Assembly (NCBI GenBank): GCA_030141605.1
Contig: JAQGDQ010000634.1
Location: forward strand, 58,084-122,083
Source of the DNA: Tubiluchus corallicola
Taxonomy: Eukaryota > Animalia > Priapulida
DNA length: 64,000 bases
Reading direction: 5' to 3'
Below the pieces are notes generated by a model. The model was not told the DNA's origin and did no database searches. It was given only the letters and a program-made list of their open reading frames with translations. Position numbers and translations under genes: made by a program. Positions 12,756-26,500 of this stretch are shown here, piece after piece. Every line of letters starts with the position of its first letter. The first letter of the stretch is position 1.

Positions 12756-13849
12756 TGACAGTTAATTTAGCATCAAAGTTTCAAACCTAAAGCTCGGGTC
12801 ACATGTTCTCCGTGAGTGTGAACGACTAAACAGGAAACACTAAACAGACAGAGCTCGTAATTTACTAATATGTCAGGGGAATTATTTCTACTAATTTCAT
12901 CACCAAGCGTTTGGGTTCATGTTGGGGCAATTCTCCTATAGGACTCGATTATTTTACTAAATATAATCATTGAGTTGTTAATCGTAAAATGTTTTCACAA
13001 GCTTTGAAATAGAACTATTAAACACCTGGATGCTGTGCAAATCATACAGTATATTATTGAACAAGAACAAAGCAAAGAACAATTGTACATACAGGAGAAA
13101 ATAATACCTACTGGGCCCAGATTTAACAAGCAGCAAGGCGTATACTCATGTTTACACGTAGTTCCCGATGGCCGGCTCTTCCAGGATGCACCAAGGACGG
13201 TTCATGGTCCCAAATCCACGATCCTCTACTGGAATAAGGAGGATGCTCCACCATGTAGCCGATCCATGAGTTCTGACACGCCACAAGTAATTTAATCTGG
13301 AATCGTAGTCGTATCTCTGCGCCTCCACTAACGCCGAATAGCGTAACCAGGATGCTGTGGACTCCACCACTATGTGAACTCTTCACCAATGCTCCGAAAG
13401 TTTCAGAATCCCTCACAAGGTGGGTTGTCCAAGAGCTCCTCTAAGTGAAGAAGCATGACAAGGCCATTACTTTACTCCTGAGTCGTGCTGGTGTTACGTA
13501 AAGGTTGTCGATACAACATTGTGCATTTAACTATTGTCTCTCACAGAACATCAATTAAATTTTGCCATTAAGGCCAAAATAAAACTCATAGACAAAACGT
13601 GTCTCAAACATATGACGAACAGAAGAAAAGTACCAACTATGTCGACCAGGTAAAAACGGCCTGGATAGACATCCGTTCAACACAAAATTCGGTACCTGAA
13701 TGAAGTGGGCAAACATTAGCCTAGATAGAATGACCTTGTATATAATGCATAGTATCCAATGGCTTCTATACTGTCCAAAATCTCATAGTGATGAATGGCC
13801 CTGTATATCGGCCAGTTAGCTAGCGGTCATGCATCGCATGGCCGTGACA
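12756..13849 (-). repeat. 5' LTR of the Gmr1-like element (U5 end partly deleted)
   Basis: Matches 5751-6837 with about a dozen substitutions counted by eye; lacks about 40 bp present at 5713-5751. Confidence 0.93.
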
Positions 13850-15007
13850 GGGTGTAAAATTGGTGGCATTTTCGCTATAGAGGCGAATGTAATGAGAGTA
13901 AGTTGGAAATGTGTGTATAGAAAAACATTTGACTTTAAACAAAACGAAAGTGTAAATTACTTATGTATTATTGTGGTACCATACCAGCAAATTTTTGATT
14001 CACAGTCATAAACTGGGATTTTTAAACAGAATTTAAAGTTCCGAATTACTTGTTATATCAAAAATGTTGTATTTTATGAATGACTCTGATGTTGCTTTAA
14101 GAATAAAGTATGGTTGTACTCTTTGCTTTTATTTTAATGTGAAAAGGAAAGTTAGAAAAGCACCTTATGAATGTGTAAGCAACTACATGTAGCATGATGG
14201 CAATGTGTATATGAACTTCATCATCTTTTGTTTTTTTTTAATAACTAACAAAAATTATATTTTATTGTATTAATTATTTGTACTAAAACTACATTGCTGT
14301 ATAAAAAATTTTATACGAATAAAAGATTGATAAAAATAACAAATTCATGTGCCGCACTGCTTTGCATGAATATAAAGACAAATCAGTAAAGAGATTTTAT
14401 TGCGATTTTGTTGGGAACTATCGGATTTGTTGCAAATCATAAGGAAACAGAAAACTGGTCAAGTTTAGTTACAGGATAGTGCTGCAAAACACTTGATTTT
14501 CTCAAAAATGATTGCTGCATGAGCAAAGTTACTTGTTTTACGGTGCTGCACTTGCTGCCAAAAGATCCAGTGCACATTTGTATCACCTTGCGACATTACT
14601 AAAGGAAATTTGAGATTAGTAGACAATATTGTGTCTTAAAATAGTTGCTGACATTCCACTTCGAATAAAACTTATATTGCAAAATTGATCAACATTTTTG
14701 ACAGTTCAAAAAGTAAAGAGTTAGTCACGCTTTTACATTGTTAAATTTTAAAGCCACACTATGTAATTCTTTCTATGTAATCCTTTATATTAATGATCTG
14801 CTACCTGAAGTGCTGTTCAGAGTCTTACAATTGTTATAATCATGCATCTGCATTTGCTGTACAAGTAAACTTCAACATGTTTGCTTTTTTGTTGATTTTA
14901 GTAGTTGTTGACTTCTGCAATAAATATTTTTTGTGTTTTTTCAATGTTTGCAAAGAACCTACTTAAGAGGTGCTGACAACTGACCATTGGTTATTGTTTA
15001 TTGACAG

Positions 15008-15211
15008 ATTGTCCAAGATGCATTAGACCATGCTCGAGAAGGGCGGACGTGTATCATTGTTGCTCATCGGTTGTCCACAGTGCAAAATGCTGATAAAATT
15101 GCTGTAATAGATGCTGGAAGTGTTGTAGAAATAGGAACTCATATGGAATTACTTGCTATGAAAGGTGTATACTACAACCTCACAGCTAACCAGAGAATTA
15201 AATCTTCTTAA
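15008..15211 (+). CDS. ABCB1: ABCB1-like terminal coding exon (H-loop); not in the ORF track
   Basis: ttgacag|ATT GTC CAA; [31 protein letters not shown]...[16 protein letters not shown]...TAA at 15209-15211; AATAAA at 16073. Confidence 0.92.
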   Translation: MVQDALDHAREGRTCIIVAHRLSTVQNADKIAVIDAGSVVEIGTHMELLAMKGVYYNLTANQRIKSS

Positions 15212-16849
15212 ATCAAACTTATTGCCACCTAATTTGTATGAACATTTTTTATCATGACTACTGTTTCAATTTTAATTAAAATATTGCTGTATTTAACGCA
15301 GTTTTCCCGATTTTGCTTATTAAAAGGCATGGTGGTGCACTGTTTTATTTGTACATAAAGTTGTACTAACGTGCATTTGTTTGATATAGATCTGAAGTAA
15401 GTGCATGTTAAACTTGTTTGCAGCTTTTGATTAAGTTTACATTTAAAAACATTGTATGCGTACTAAGTTCAGATGCGTTAATTGGAAATTTTCAAATTTA
15501 TTTTTAGAAAACGTACTGTTATGCTCATATGAAGGCAAGCAAAGTATGATGCACAGATTTTGTAAAATGTCTCCTGTTACTTTATTATGCTTAGAAAGCC
15601 TGCTATTATGCACATTATAATGTGTGAGTGTTTAAATTACCAGTCAAAAACATGTTGGTTTACATAATTTAATTTTATCTGTTCAACTGCTGTGATATTT
15701 GTAGATAATTTTTGAAAAAAAGGCAGAATTGTTTATTATTAAGATTGCAGTTTTAATAATGAATGTATAATTAGGGAAAAGCTGGGAAGAAGAAGAAGTA
15801 TAATTATTTTTATAATAATATGGCTTTCAAGTCGTTTTACTGTACATGCTATGTTACATTTTTATCATATAAATATATATGATATATATGTGATTTTTGA
15901 CTTGCTTTGAGCGTTAGTAAATTATAATAATAATTTATGAAATGTGTACCATGTTTAGCTGCTTTGTGTTGCATTCAGTACGCATTTGTGGATTTATAAT
16001 TCAAAATTGTTAAAAAAACATTATTTTCTATTTTTCCATTTTTAGCTATATTTTTATATGAATTTTCATTATAATAAAACATTGATTATAGTTTTTGTGA
16101 TCAATTTTGCATTTGTGATTTCTTTATGATATTTTTACTTTCATTCCTTAAAAAGCAGTAAAATAAGCCAAACTCTTTACGAATTTAGCATAGTATCAGA
16201 AAGTTGTGATTTGTCTATGTTATAATTTTTATGAATGTTCGGCTGGTATTCATACAATTGCTCATTCTTGCATCAGCTTTAAGAATAATATAAGGATTGG
16301 TCAAGTTGTATTGTGATTATTAGAAGTAGCATTGATTGTTTTAATGATGCATACTAATTTTGTTTTAATTTATTACGATAACTTTGCTAAATTTGTTGGC
16401 TCCAAAAAATTATCATTAACGTAAAATGGCGTTACTTGAGCCAGCTCGAAATGAGCAGTTGGTGATGAACCTTCAATAGCTAATAAGTAGTAATCTTGTT
16501 TTTTTTGCAGTTTCTTTTTTGTTACAAAACGAAACCAATCTACTTATGTCTAGGCATGATCATAATTATCTTAATGGCGTAATTATAAGTTGAAGTTGGT
16601 TGTTGAGCTGGTAAATATATGGAAAAAAACAAGTACTATAATTATTATCTTAATTGATATTCATAACTCGTAATAAGTAAATTAGTAGGTATCATATATT
16701 GTATGCTAATGACCTTTTTTTACAATTGGAGGAGTGCCACCATTTGTGACCCAGGCCAGCATGGGAGAGCAATAAATTTGGTTAACTGCTAAATCTGAGC
16801 GTTCTTCTAGTTAAGTTTAGCAACTCTCATTATTATGAAAATAATACTT

Positions 16850-17090
16850 CTTATGGGTTTTATCATTTTAATTTAATTTTGATCTGTTTTCCTATTCAAA
16901 TCTTTATTTTGTTCTAACAATATTTGCTCGCCATGCTGAAAATAGTAGACTCACTATTTAGGGATGGCAGACTAGATGACCTTTTGGTCTTTCGCCATCC
17001 CGCCCTTCTTTAGTCTTTGTAAATCATTGTTATATACTATCTATGATTGTTGTTTTGAAGGCAAAAAAATAAAATTATTATTATTATTAT
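16850..17090 (+). mobile_element. Probable CR1/L2-type LINE 3' end
   Basis: gactagatgaccttttggtct 3'UTR-like motif followed by aataaa and a (TTA)n tail. Confidence 0.4.
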
Positions 17091-17279
17091 AATTATATAA
17101 TATTGTACCAATTTTTTTATAAACAGGTGAATTAAATAAACGAATTCTAATTCCTATCAAGAATAATGATGCCACCTGTGGCAATAATGAAAATAATACT
17201 TATTATTCCTGGGGCAATAATGAAAATTATACTTATTATGGGTCTTATCAAGACTAATGATGCAAACTGGGGCACTAAG

Positions 17280-17430
17280 GTTGAAATGACGTGGTAACGA
17301 AGTCCACAGAAATAACTATACTAGCCATGCTGCCAATGGCGTCAAAAACGGCAAACAAAACGCATGCGCACCAAAAACCAGTTACCGTTTGACGTCAGTG
17401 TCGCACCGTTTCGCCAATCAGGGTTGTAAA
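17280..17430 (+). promoter_or_regulatory. Putative DAZAP1 core promoter
   Basis: CpG-richer patch upstream of ATG 17505: TGACGT (17287), CCAAT (17333, 17414), NRF1-like CGCATGCGCA (17361-17370), full CRE TGACGTCA (17390-17397). Confidence 0.6.
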
Positions 17431-17504
17431 ATTTGGTTTTGGTCGAAAGTTTCTTTGTTATTTTTATCTAGAGCTAGTAATAACTTACACGTATTTATAT
17501 AACA

Positions 17505-20500
17505 ATGCCAGAAGAACAGGGGTAAATATCTTTTATTTCTTTCGCTGATATATTATTCCTTCGTGATAATGTGTTAATTTCATTAATTGAATGTTCTAAG
17601 TTGAAGGTTTTACTTTCATAGGGCTAGCTAAGATGCCAGTATGTTATTGTATTTAGTCTAGTTATTATAATAATTGTGATAATAGTCTTTTCTTCTTTTA
17701 CGTTAATTATTAAATTATTCTCGTTAATCATATAGGAAGTTATTTGTTGGAGGGCTGAGCTGGAAGACTACACAGGGTAAGTTTTCATTGTCTTTTTTTG
17801 TCGCGAATCCTCTAACAGCGCGGGAGATCCACCACTCGACTGTCGTGTACATCCATTTGCAGTAACACCCATTCTATTTGTTATTCTTGTTGACTGCCAT
17901 CTTTTGCTATAATTTTACCCAGGGCAGTTTTTCCTTTATATAATTATTTTGTTAACTATTTAATTATGGCTATTTATGGTTCTTACCTTTTTATAATATT
18001 GATGTATCCAGGATATTATAGTGTATGGTATTTCATGATAATTTTTGCGTATCTTCCAGATTCTCTTCAACAGTACTTCAGTCGATATGGTGAAGTTACT
18101 GATTGTGTGGTTATGGTCAGTCCAGAAACTGGCAAGTCGCGCGGTTTTGGATTCATCACTTACAAGGACCCCAGTTGCGTTGCGTTAGTTCTGGCGACTC
18201 CACAGCACATTCTGGATGACAAACAGGTGAAGCTTGTTTGTTATACTTTCCAAAATACTGCTACGGAATCTTATAAACTTTCCTTTTAAACACAGTTTTC
18301 GACTCTTTGTTGATTGCTAATGCAGAGCTTATGGTTAGCAGTGCTGAATCTATAATAATTTATTTATGCGCTTGCACAGCAAATACATCCATAAGTTGGC
18401 AGTTAAGCTTCTAATAATTCGCGTATTATAAATCTCCATTTCATCAGGATTATGTTGACACCAGGCTCATTGCTCTATGTTTTAACTGTTTTAACATGTT
18501 TTAATTGTGCTGCATTATGGATAGTTTTGGTTTACAAGCACACATTTAGAAAACTACTATTCACATTTTCATTTTTCTACTTCTCTTTGCCTTGCTTAGC
18601 AGAAAAAACTTGTAAATTGTCTAAGAAAGTAAAAAAGATTCATTTAAAAATTTAGTTGTTGAAAACCATTTGAAATATGTAATTATTAATATAGAGAAAT
18701 ATAAGATAGGGATATTGCGAATGTGTTGTGTTTGTGCATTTTTATGAATGTGTTGCCTTTTTGTATTTTTGTACGATGTGATTGCTAAAAAGTTGGCTGC
18801 CCAGTTGGCAGTATACCTTTATATATAAATGCATATGCGTTTTGTTGCCTAAAGATTATACCTAATTTTTACAATACCTTGTTGTCTTTAGATTGACCCA
18901 AAAGCATGTAATCCCAGAGGGACAACGCCTAAAAGCACCGGAGTAAGTACATGATTTAAATTTGGGTTTAGGTTTGTTGGCTTAATGAATGGCACTCAAC
19001 TTTATTTTTATTTTGAACTTTTTTCTGATTGGCAATTAATATAGATAAAAGAGATTTATTTTTGCCGACTTATTTGAAATTGGTTGTAATCCAATCAAGA
19101 TGTATGTCTTCTAAATGTAAGCAAGTTCCTTTATATCTTTGGTTTTTGTGAACATGGCTCATGCTTACCTTGAGTGGCTATTGGTCTTGTTTAGAGTGAT
19201 ATGTGTAAACAAGTTGCATAATCACATTTATTTATTACTAGAGAAAAGTCTCGAATGACAAATACAAGAAGATATTTGTTGGTGGATTGCCAACAAATCT
19301 AACAGAAGCAGATCTGAGTGATTTCTTTAGCAAGTATGGTGAGGTGAGACATTTAATATCATGACGATGCTAGTACTTTGCTTCTTTGTGTCCAAATTAT
19401 TTCGTTGCTATAAAATGTAAATCATCTTCTCGTATTGTAAGTAGAGACCATTATAGTTTGGTACATTTATCGTCATTTTTTGGCAAAAAACATAGTTCTT
19501 GATTGACTTTTAGCTGTGTCATTGTGTCAAATATTTTGGCTTAGTAACTGCCTATCGTGAGCCATGTGAATTCTGATAGTACACTTGGTGACTTAGCAGG
19601 CACAGAGTAACACTCATGTTTTATATATTGCATCATAAGTGTTCGTTGGTGTGATGTATGATTATTTGTAACATAAGTGCAATGTTATGAAAAACCAGTA
19701 TTTTTACCATATTTGTATATTCTTTAAACCAAGTCAAGTATAATATTTTCTGATATGTGAGTGCTTATATTTGTGGCCTGGCATTCATTGTTGCAAATTT
19801 ATTTTGCATATTTGAAAGTTTCGTTTTATCTTGTATAGATATTTTCGTTTTATTAGAAGCCATAGTGTAACCTTGTAAAATTTGCTGTATAAATATTTAT
19901 TTCTTATCTGAAATTTACTGAAGCTGGCATTGCCAGCGTAGCATTCCAATAAATATTCTGTATTATAGATTAAGTTAATTTTTGGTCAATCCGGTTGCAC
20001 ATTATCTATAATTGCACCAACTGTTTCTTCGAAAGACTCTTTGAATTTTTGCTTGACAAGCCAGAGCATCAGTATTCAATACTGCATTGTTGCTAGAACC
20101 TTAATCAAAAAAGATACAGTATATGAGCATCAATTCCAGTTTGAGGACTAATTGTCTTTGGATTTCAGTCAGTGGCAATTATTACTATAATGTATAGTTT
20201 TTCTTTGGCGTGCATGGTTTTCTCTTCTATATAGCATAATTATTTTTGCCAATTTTTTTTTTTGTACGAAAAATGAATATTTGTTTCAGGTAATGGATGT
20301 AACCATCATGTACGATCAACAAAAGAAACGATCTCGCGGTAAGTTACTTTTTCTGTTTTTTTCCTCTTTGAAAATATCAAGGCTATGCGAATTATTTTAA
20401 ACAACTTTTAAATAATTTCTTATTCTTTTGTTTTGAAGCTGTTTTGGTAATAGTTTTGCTTTGTAAAACTTAAATACGCTGTTTCGAAATTTGGGACAGG

Positions 20501-23500
20501 TCGTCCTTCTCATTCAAATGTCAGTAATTTTTTGTAGTTGTATCAGTGACACACAGGAACTTATTTCATGCTTACATTTTACACCCTGTGGCAATGCCTT
20601 TCTTTAAGCTAGTCTAAGTTTGTACTTTGAGTTAAGATTCAAGCGGTGAAGTTACAGCTATTATACTTAAACAAAAATTCAGATAAACCTCGTCTGTATA
20701 ATGTAACCTAGCATACAAAACTTTTTTATTTAAGTTATTAATAACCAAGATTAGTAAACTTTAGATAGTTTTTATCATTGTCACATTTTGTTATTTGTCC
20801 GATTCCATTATTGCTGAAAATAAAGCATTAATAGTATGTTTCGTCCTTAATATTATATTTCATCCTTAATACTATATTTCGTCCTGCCAACAGCAAAATT
20901 ACTGAATATTTTCTCATCATTATTTCTGAATGTGGTTGTGCAAAATGTTTGCAAAATTGCCAGTAGTGACAGCAATGAATATAGTTATAATTATCTTTAC
21001 TTTAAGCTTCAAGTTTTATAGATACTTAGCATATTACTGGCATCTAATTTGATCCATCCTAGTTTATTACCAGCAATTTATTAGTAAAGTAGTGTTTAAT
21101 AACAGGTTTATCTGTACTCTGAGTGGTCATTTTTTACATGACAAACTGCATTTATTATTAACAATATCCTTCATTTTTGCATTTTAATGAAAGACATTAG
21201 ATACTTTGGAATCCATGATGTGCTTTTGCAGCAGTGAAAACTAAAAAACATCATTGCTGTTCTTGTCGTTGGTTTCCTAATACTGGTTATTCTACGTAGC
21301 TAGCACATTCTGGATTCCTAATTTTGCTTAATAATCAATATATTAATATAAGTCTAAGTTGTATATATATATACTATTATGATACTTAATTAAGTATTTT
21401 TTTATTCTATTTATTAGGTATGATGTTACTGTTACTGTAAAGTGGTTAACTGGCAACACACTTCTCTTATCCCTTTGCAAAAAGTTTAGAATGGGGAGGG
21501 GGAGAGGCGAGTGAATTAGTAATCAAATCTAGCAATAATAGGAACATTTGGTAAAAACGTAGGAATTATATAGCTAAATCATATTTTAAGTAGATTATTA
21601 TCACTTAGACAAAGAGTACAATAGGGTATAATTTAAAACATGGGATTAGCTATTATGTACATACTCTTTATTAACCTCTATTTTATATTTAATTTGCTTA
21701 TATCTAGACACGTTTTTTATATTAATGGGAACTTTAGTAAGTAGGCTAATTCACTTAAGAAGTGTAATGTGTATTCTGGAAATGCTAATGCTTTTTGTTA
21801 TAATTAATCATATGCATTAAGATTAGTTTACCATTTGGGATACTAGATTTCTCAGCCCACTATATGCATATTGCAGCAAGGCAGTCAAATGTTACTTTGC
21901 AATGTGGAAAAAATGCCAGGCTTGTCATAGAAAATATAGTAAGATCATACTAAGATGTAAAGAGAAGTGTGTAGGCAGTATGGGACAATTTCTTTAAGTT
22001 AGTAGCTATTCTAATTATTTTTCTTGCCAATGATGATGGTGCCCCTAGGCTTTGGATTTGTTAGTTTTGCGTCAGAAGAAACAATAGATCTTCTAGTTGC
22101 TGAGCACTACGTTACAATCGGCGGGAAACAGGTTTTTGTTTATTTACTTGGTGTATAATTTTAAATTTGGTTTTTTGGTACTGTAACATTTGCATCATCC
22201 CTCAATGTTTTTCTTATCATACTGTTCAGTGTATTCTGTTATTTGTTGCATTTTTTCTTATGTTGAAAGACAAAACATCCATTTTAAGAAAAAATATATG
22301 GGAGAAAAAGCAAAATTTTCATTTTGACTGGTACTCAGTCTACGCCTAGCTGGAACAATTTATTATTAAAATTTTATTTATAAGTAAAACATTGAAAATT
22401 GGAAATGAAATGCTGCAGTACCTGTTTTCTCAAGTTGTGGTTGTTTTTTCTTCGCGTGCATCTAGTAATTAGTGTGCTTATTAAATTAGAATTAAATTTA
22501 TAATTTAAATATAGTTACGTGGTGTTGTTGGTATTGATTAATTAATTTTGATAAGCTATATTGTAGCACTATTTTATGCTTTTTCCACATTTATACTATA
22601 TTATTACATAATAGTGTAGTTAGGTTAATGCACTGTAGCAGACATTTTAGGTCTTTTGTTAATATAGAATAAGTCCTAACCTTTTATGACATTTCCTTTT
22701 TTGTGAAAAAATCTTTCGAATGTTTTATGCTTTTTTATTGATTGTGTGAGAGTCCATCAGTGTGTTTCTTCCAGGTGGAATGTAAGCGGGCAGAGCCGCA
22801 GGGTGGCAAAGGTGGTGGGCAAGGAGGAAGAACTCCACAGAACTTCGCTCAGATTGGTACCTGGGGACCTCATTCAATGAACGGTGCAGGCGGTCAAATG
22901 GGCACTGACATGGGATGGGGTGCTCAGCAAGCAAACTGGCAAAATCAAGCTGCTCAGCAAAGCTTTGGAGGTGCAGCTGGTACAATTTTACTTGTTAGAT
23001 TATTAGTATGAGTTACAGATATGAATTAAGGTTTCTCTGAGTTAGAGCACATAGGTCAAAGATTATAGGTGGATACATCCGTACATCCATCTATATTACT
23101 CTATAATCTTTGTTTTATTAGTGTTGGTGATAATGGATGCGAGACTATAAAAATGTAGAACACATTTTTGATGAATTTTGTAAGATGACAAATTACAGTA
23201 GCAGCAATAACTAAAATGTGCAAATAGAGATTGTAGAATTAGAATTGAGTAGCCAGCTACAGGGGTAGATACAGACATTAGAAAACAGTGGGCTGAACAA
23301 AAAGCATCTAGGTGGTCTGGGGGAGTGCTGTAAACTCCCCCTAATTGGGTCTTGGGACATCTTCCCGTATTTAAACGCACTATGGAGACCTCAAATAAGA
23401 TCTAAATTCTGATACATATACTTCTGGCAATATTGGGTCTTGGGACATCTTCCCGTATTTAAACGCACTATGGAGACCTCAAATAAGATCTAAATTCTGA

Positions 23501-26500
23501 TACATATACTTCCGGCAATATTCATTGTATTCTATTGTATTTGTAGTACATCTTAAAGCAAGTTTGTAATACAGTGCAGTGCAGATGACCCATTACTTAA
23601 GCTTAATTTATTTAGTGTCAAGATTATCTACCCAGCAAACTGTGGATAGTCAAACAAAACTATCCAATTATTAGTAAATTCAAAAACTTGACGGTTACAC
23701 ACACAGAAAGCTCCCTCCACCGGATACCTTTTACAGTGTTCGGTGGCTGCTCCAGAACTTTTGCATATGAATGACTCGAGTGCAAATTTTTAACATTCGT
23801 TTTTCTGTTTTGAGACTTCTACAACCCACTCACTGTTCATACAAAATCTAATAAGTTTGCATGTGTGCTAATTTTTCCCACTGGACCCAGCTAAATGGCA
23901 GAACGTCTCGGCCACACATGCATTTTACTGCATTTTAGACCATTTTTTTCTTGGGCAAGTTCACTAGTTTAAAACTCATTATGTTACCTCAAACTTGTGA
24001 TTCATAATTTCACACTAGTATATTAGTATACTATACAGAGTACATGATGTACATAGCTTTCTTTTGTTTTGAAAAATAGAACCATTGTGATATATGGTTT
24101 TTACGTGTTCTAAATTTTAAATCCGCACAAGTGATGATTAGTGTGATTACTGTAGTGAAGAAAATCTGATTACTGCCCAGTATTAACACCCCTTGGGCCC
24201 ACCTCCCTAAATCTGCCACTGTGTTATTAAAGTTTTTTGTAAGTACAGTAGGCACCGCTTAATAGACTCACGGTTAATAGACTCAATCGCTTAATTGACT
24301 CAGAAATGCCTGGTACGGGCCGCTTCTATTCTAATGTACAATTAAATTTCGGTAATTGACTCAAATAATTCTGCATAATTAACTCAATATGTTCGCTTCA
24401 CATGCTTAAATAAGGCCCCTTTGTGGGACCAGTAAGCATCTTTTATATCATCTTAGTTCGCTTTTGTCTTATAATATACATAGAAACAACCATGTTATTT
24501 ACTGTTTTGTCTGTAAGCAGGAACTTACCCTAATCTGGTACCTTTATCATACCCTAATATGCTAGCCTAATGGTTTCCTTTGACCCACCCGTCCACTGCG
24601 CTCGTTACTCAAGAATTCCTGGAAGCTAAACAATTAATCACTTGCTTAGTGGTTTGCTTTTGATGCTCTGGCTGTCTTTACCAAAAAGTTAAATCAAATA
24701 GATGTTGCTGTTATGCCAGCACTTTGGTACAGTACAGTACATCACAATAGCAAGCGGGAACTTAGGCGAAACTACAGATGAAGCTACGTGCGGGGAAACA
24801 CGGGCACCACCAATTGTTTAAGCATGCCAACCACTAAGTATGTTACAAGAATTTGTGCATCATATAACAACAGATTTTCAACATTTTTATTATTATGAGA
24901 ACTTTGTGAGCCAACTTCTTTCTGATGAAATGGAGCAGCTGACTTTGAAGGAATTTTTGTAATTCTTGCAAATAAACAGACTTATTGCTAATTCACTTAT
25001 ATAAATCAATATTTTAAAATGTGTTTTTTAATTTTTAACTGCACAAAGGAATTTAAGCATTACTTTGTTTTTAAAATTCATTAAAAACCCTTGCAGTGCA
25101 TAGTAAGCTGGTGACTCATACTTCTATACCAGTAATACTACACCCATCGGTTAATAGGTTCAATCGGTTAATTGGGTCAAAACACTTCAGTCCCAAAGTG
25201 AGTCTATTAAGCGGCGCCTACTGCAGTAGCTATTGTAATGGAAATTGTTGCCATATGTAACTTGATGTAGTGGCTTTTAGCAAAAGTTTTACATTTTTAA
25301 AATTTATTTTTGAACTGATTTTTATTTCTGTGCCAGTTTGTACTTTAAGATAAGGTAAGATAGGAAAAAATATTTGATCACGAAAACTTGATTGAGCAAA
25401 ACTTATTTACAGCAAGGTGCTGGTTGATGGTTTTAAATTTGAAATTAAGAAAAATTGTTACGTGTAAGGACACAAACATGAAAGTTTGCAGATATACACG
25501 AAATTCGTACTTTGAGCATATACTGCATTTGCTCGATTATTTTTGATATCTGCTATGATGCTGATCTTGTGCGATTGTAGTTTATTTGATTATGATACTG
25601 CTGCAAATAGTGAGACCGCTGTAGGTTTATGTTTTTCCATGCTTTAACAGGAGGTTATGGGCAGCAACCAGGCCAGCAGCAGCAATGGGGCCAGCAGTGG
25701 CCAATGCCACAGCAGCAAAGCATGCAAACAGGTTTTCCTGGACAGCAACCTGGATACTTCCCTAATCAACGTATGATTTTAAAAAATCTTGCTTAATAAG
25801 TCATTAAGGGCTGATGATTTCATTATCAAAAAGTTCACCATTAGTTCATTGAGCGAGTTTATGTTAGTGCTCAGTGTATGTAGTAGACTTGTGGATTGCG
25901 TTATAGTGACAGCATACCGAGTGGGTTTAGAGAGGATTTCAGTGTATGTTGTATGGAATGCATTACTTTTATCCCATTCATCTTAATTTGCCTTGGTTCT
26001 CTAATAGCTTTTCACTTAAAGTCAATCCTTAGGCTGGGTCTAACTACTATGGTCATGTGATTACCAGTACATCTGTCTTCTAATCATTTAGCAGCCTGTG
26101 TTACTTTTGCCATTCCACCTACAATATTTACACCAGGTTATGTACGTTCCTAATTTCACTTTTCTGAGCTTCTATTGATTTATCTCTCATTTACCTCAAA
26201 CATCTTCGTATGATCTTCATGCACTGGCACTGTTTGGTTTCTAGAACCTGCTATGGGCAGCGGCATGGTAGGGTACCCTCAGTCATTTGGACAACAACCC
26301 CAACAGCAAGGTCAAGCACAGCCAACCCCGTTTCAGCCGCAGCCGGGTAAGAGAGCGAAATGTAGTGTAGTGTTAGCTTTTTATCCAGATCTGCTGTATG
26401 TGTTTTGTAGATTATGTTCCCAGTTCTTGCTTCTTAGCACAAGTAGTACTTTTTGTTTTCACCATCGCTTCTGCAATTTCGACTTGATAATCTTTTAGCA

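Larger units (their letters stand above)
5703..13849 (-). mobile_element. Full-length Ty3/gypsy LTR retrotransposon of Gmr1 type (gag-PR-IN-RT-RH), inserted in the last ABCB intron
   Basis: Two ~1.1 kb near-identical LTRs; outer ends TG...CA; 5-bp TSD GGGTG at 5698-5702 and 13850-13854; polypurine tract (minus GGGGGGAGCTG) next to 6837; gypsy-type RT/RH with integrase upstream. Confidence 0.95.
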
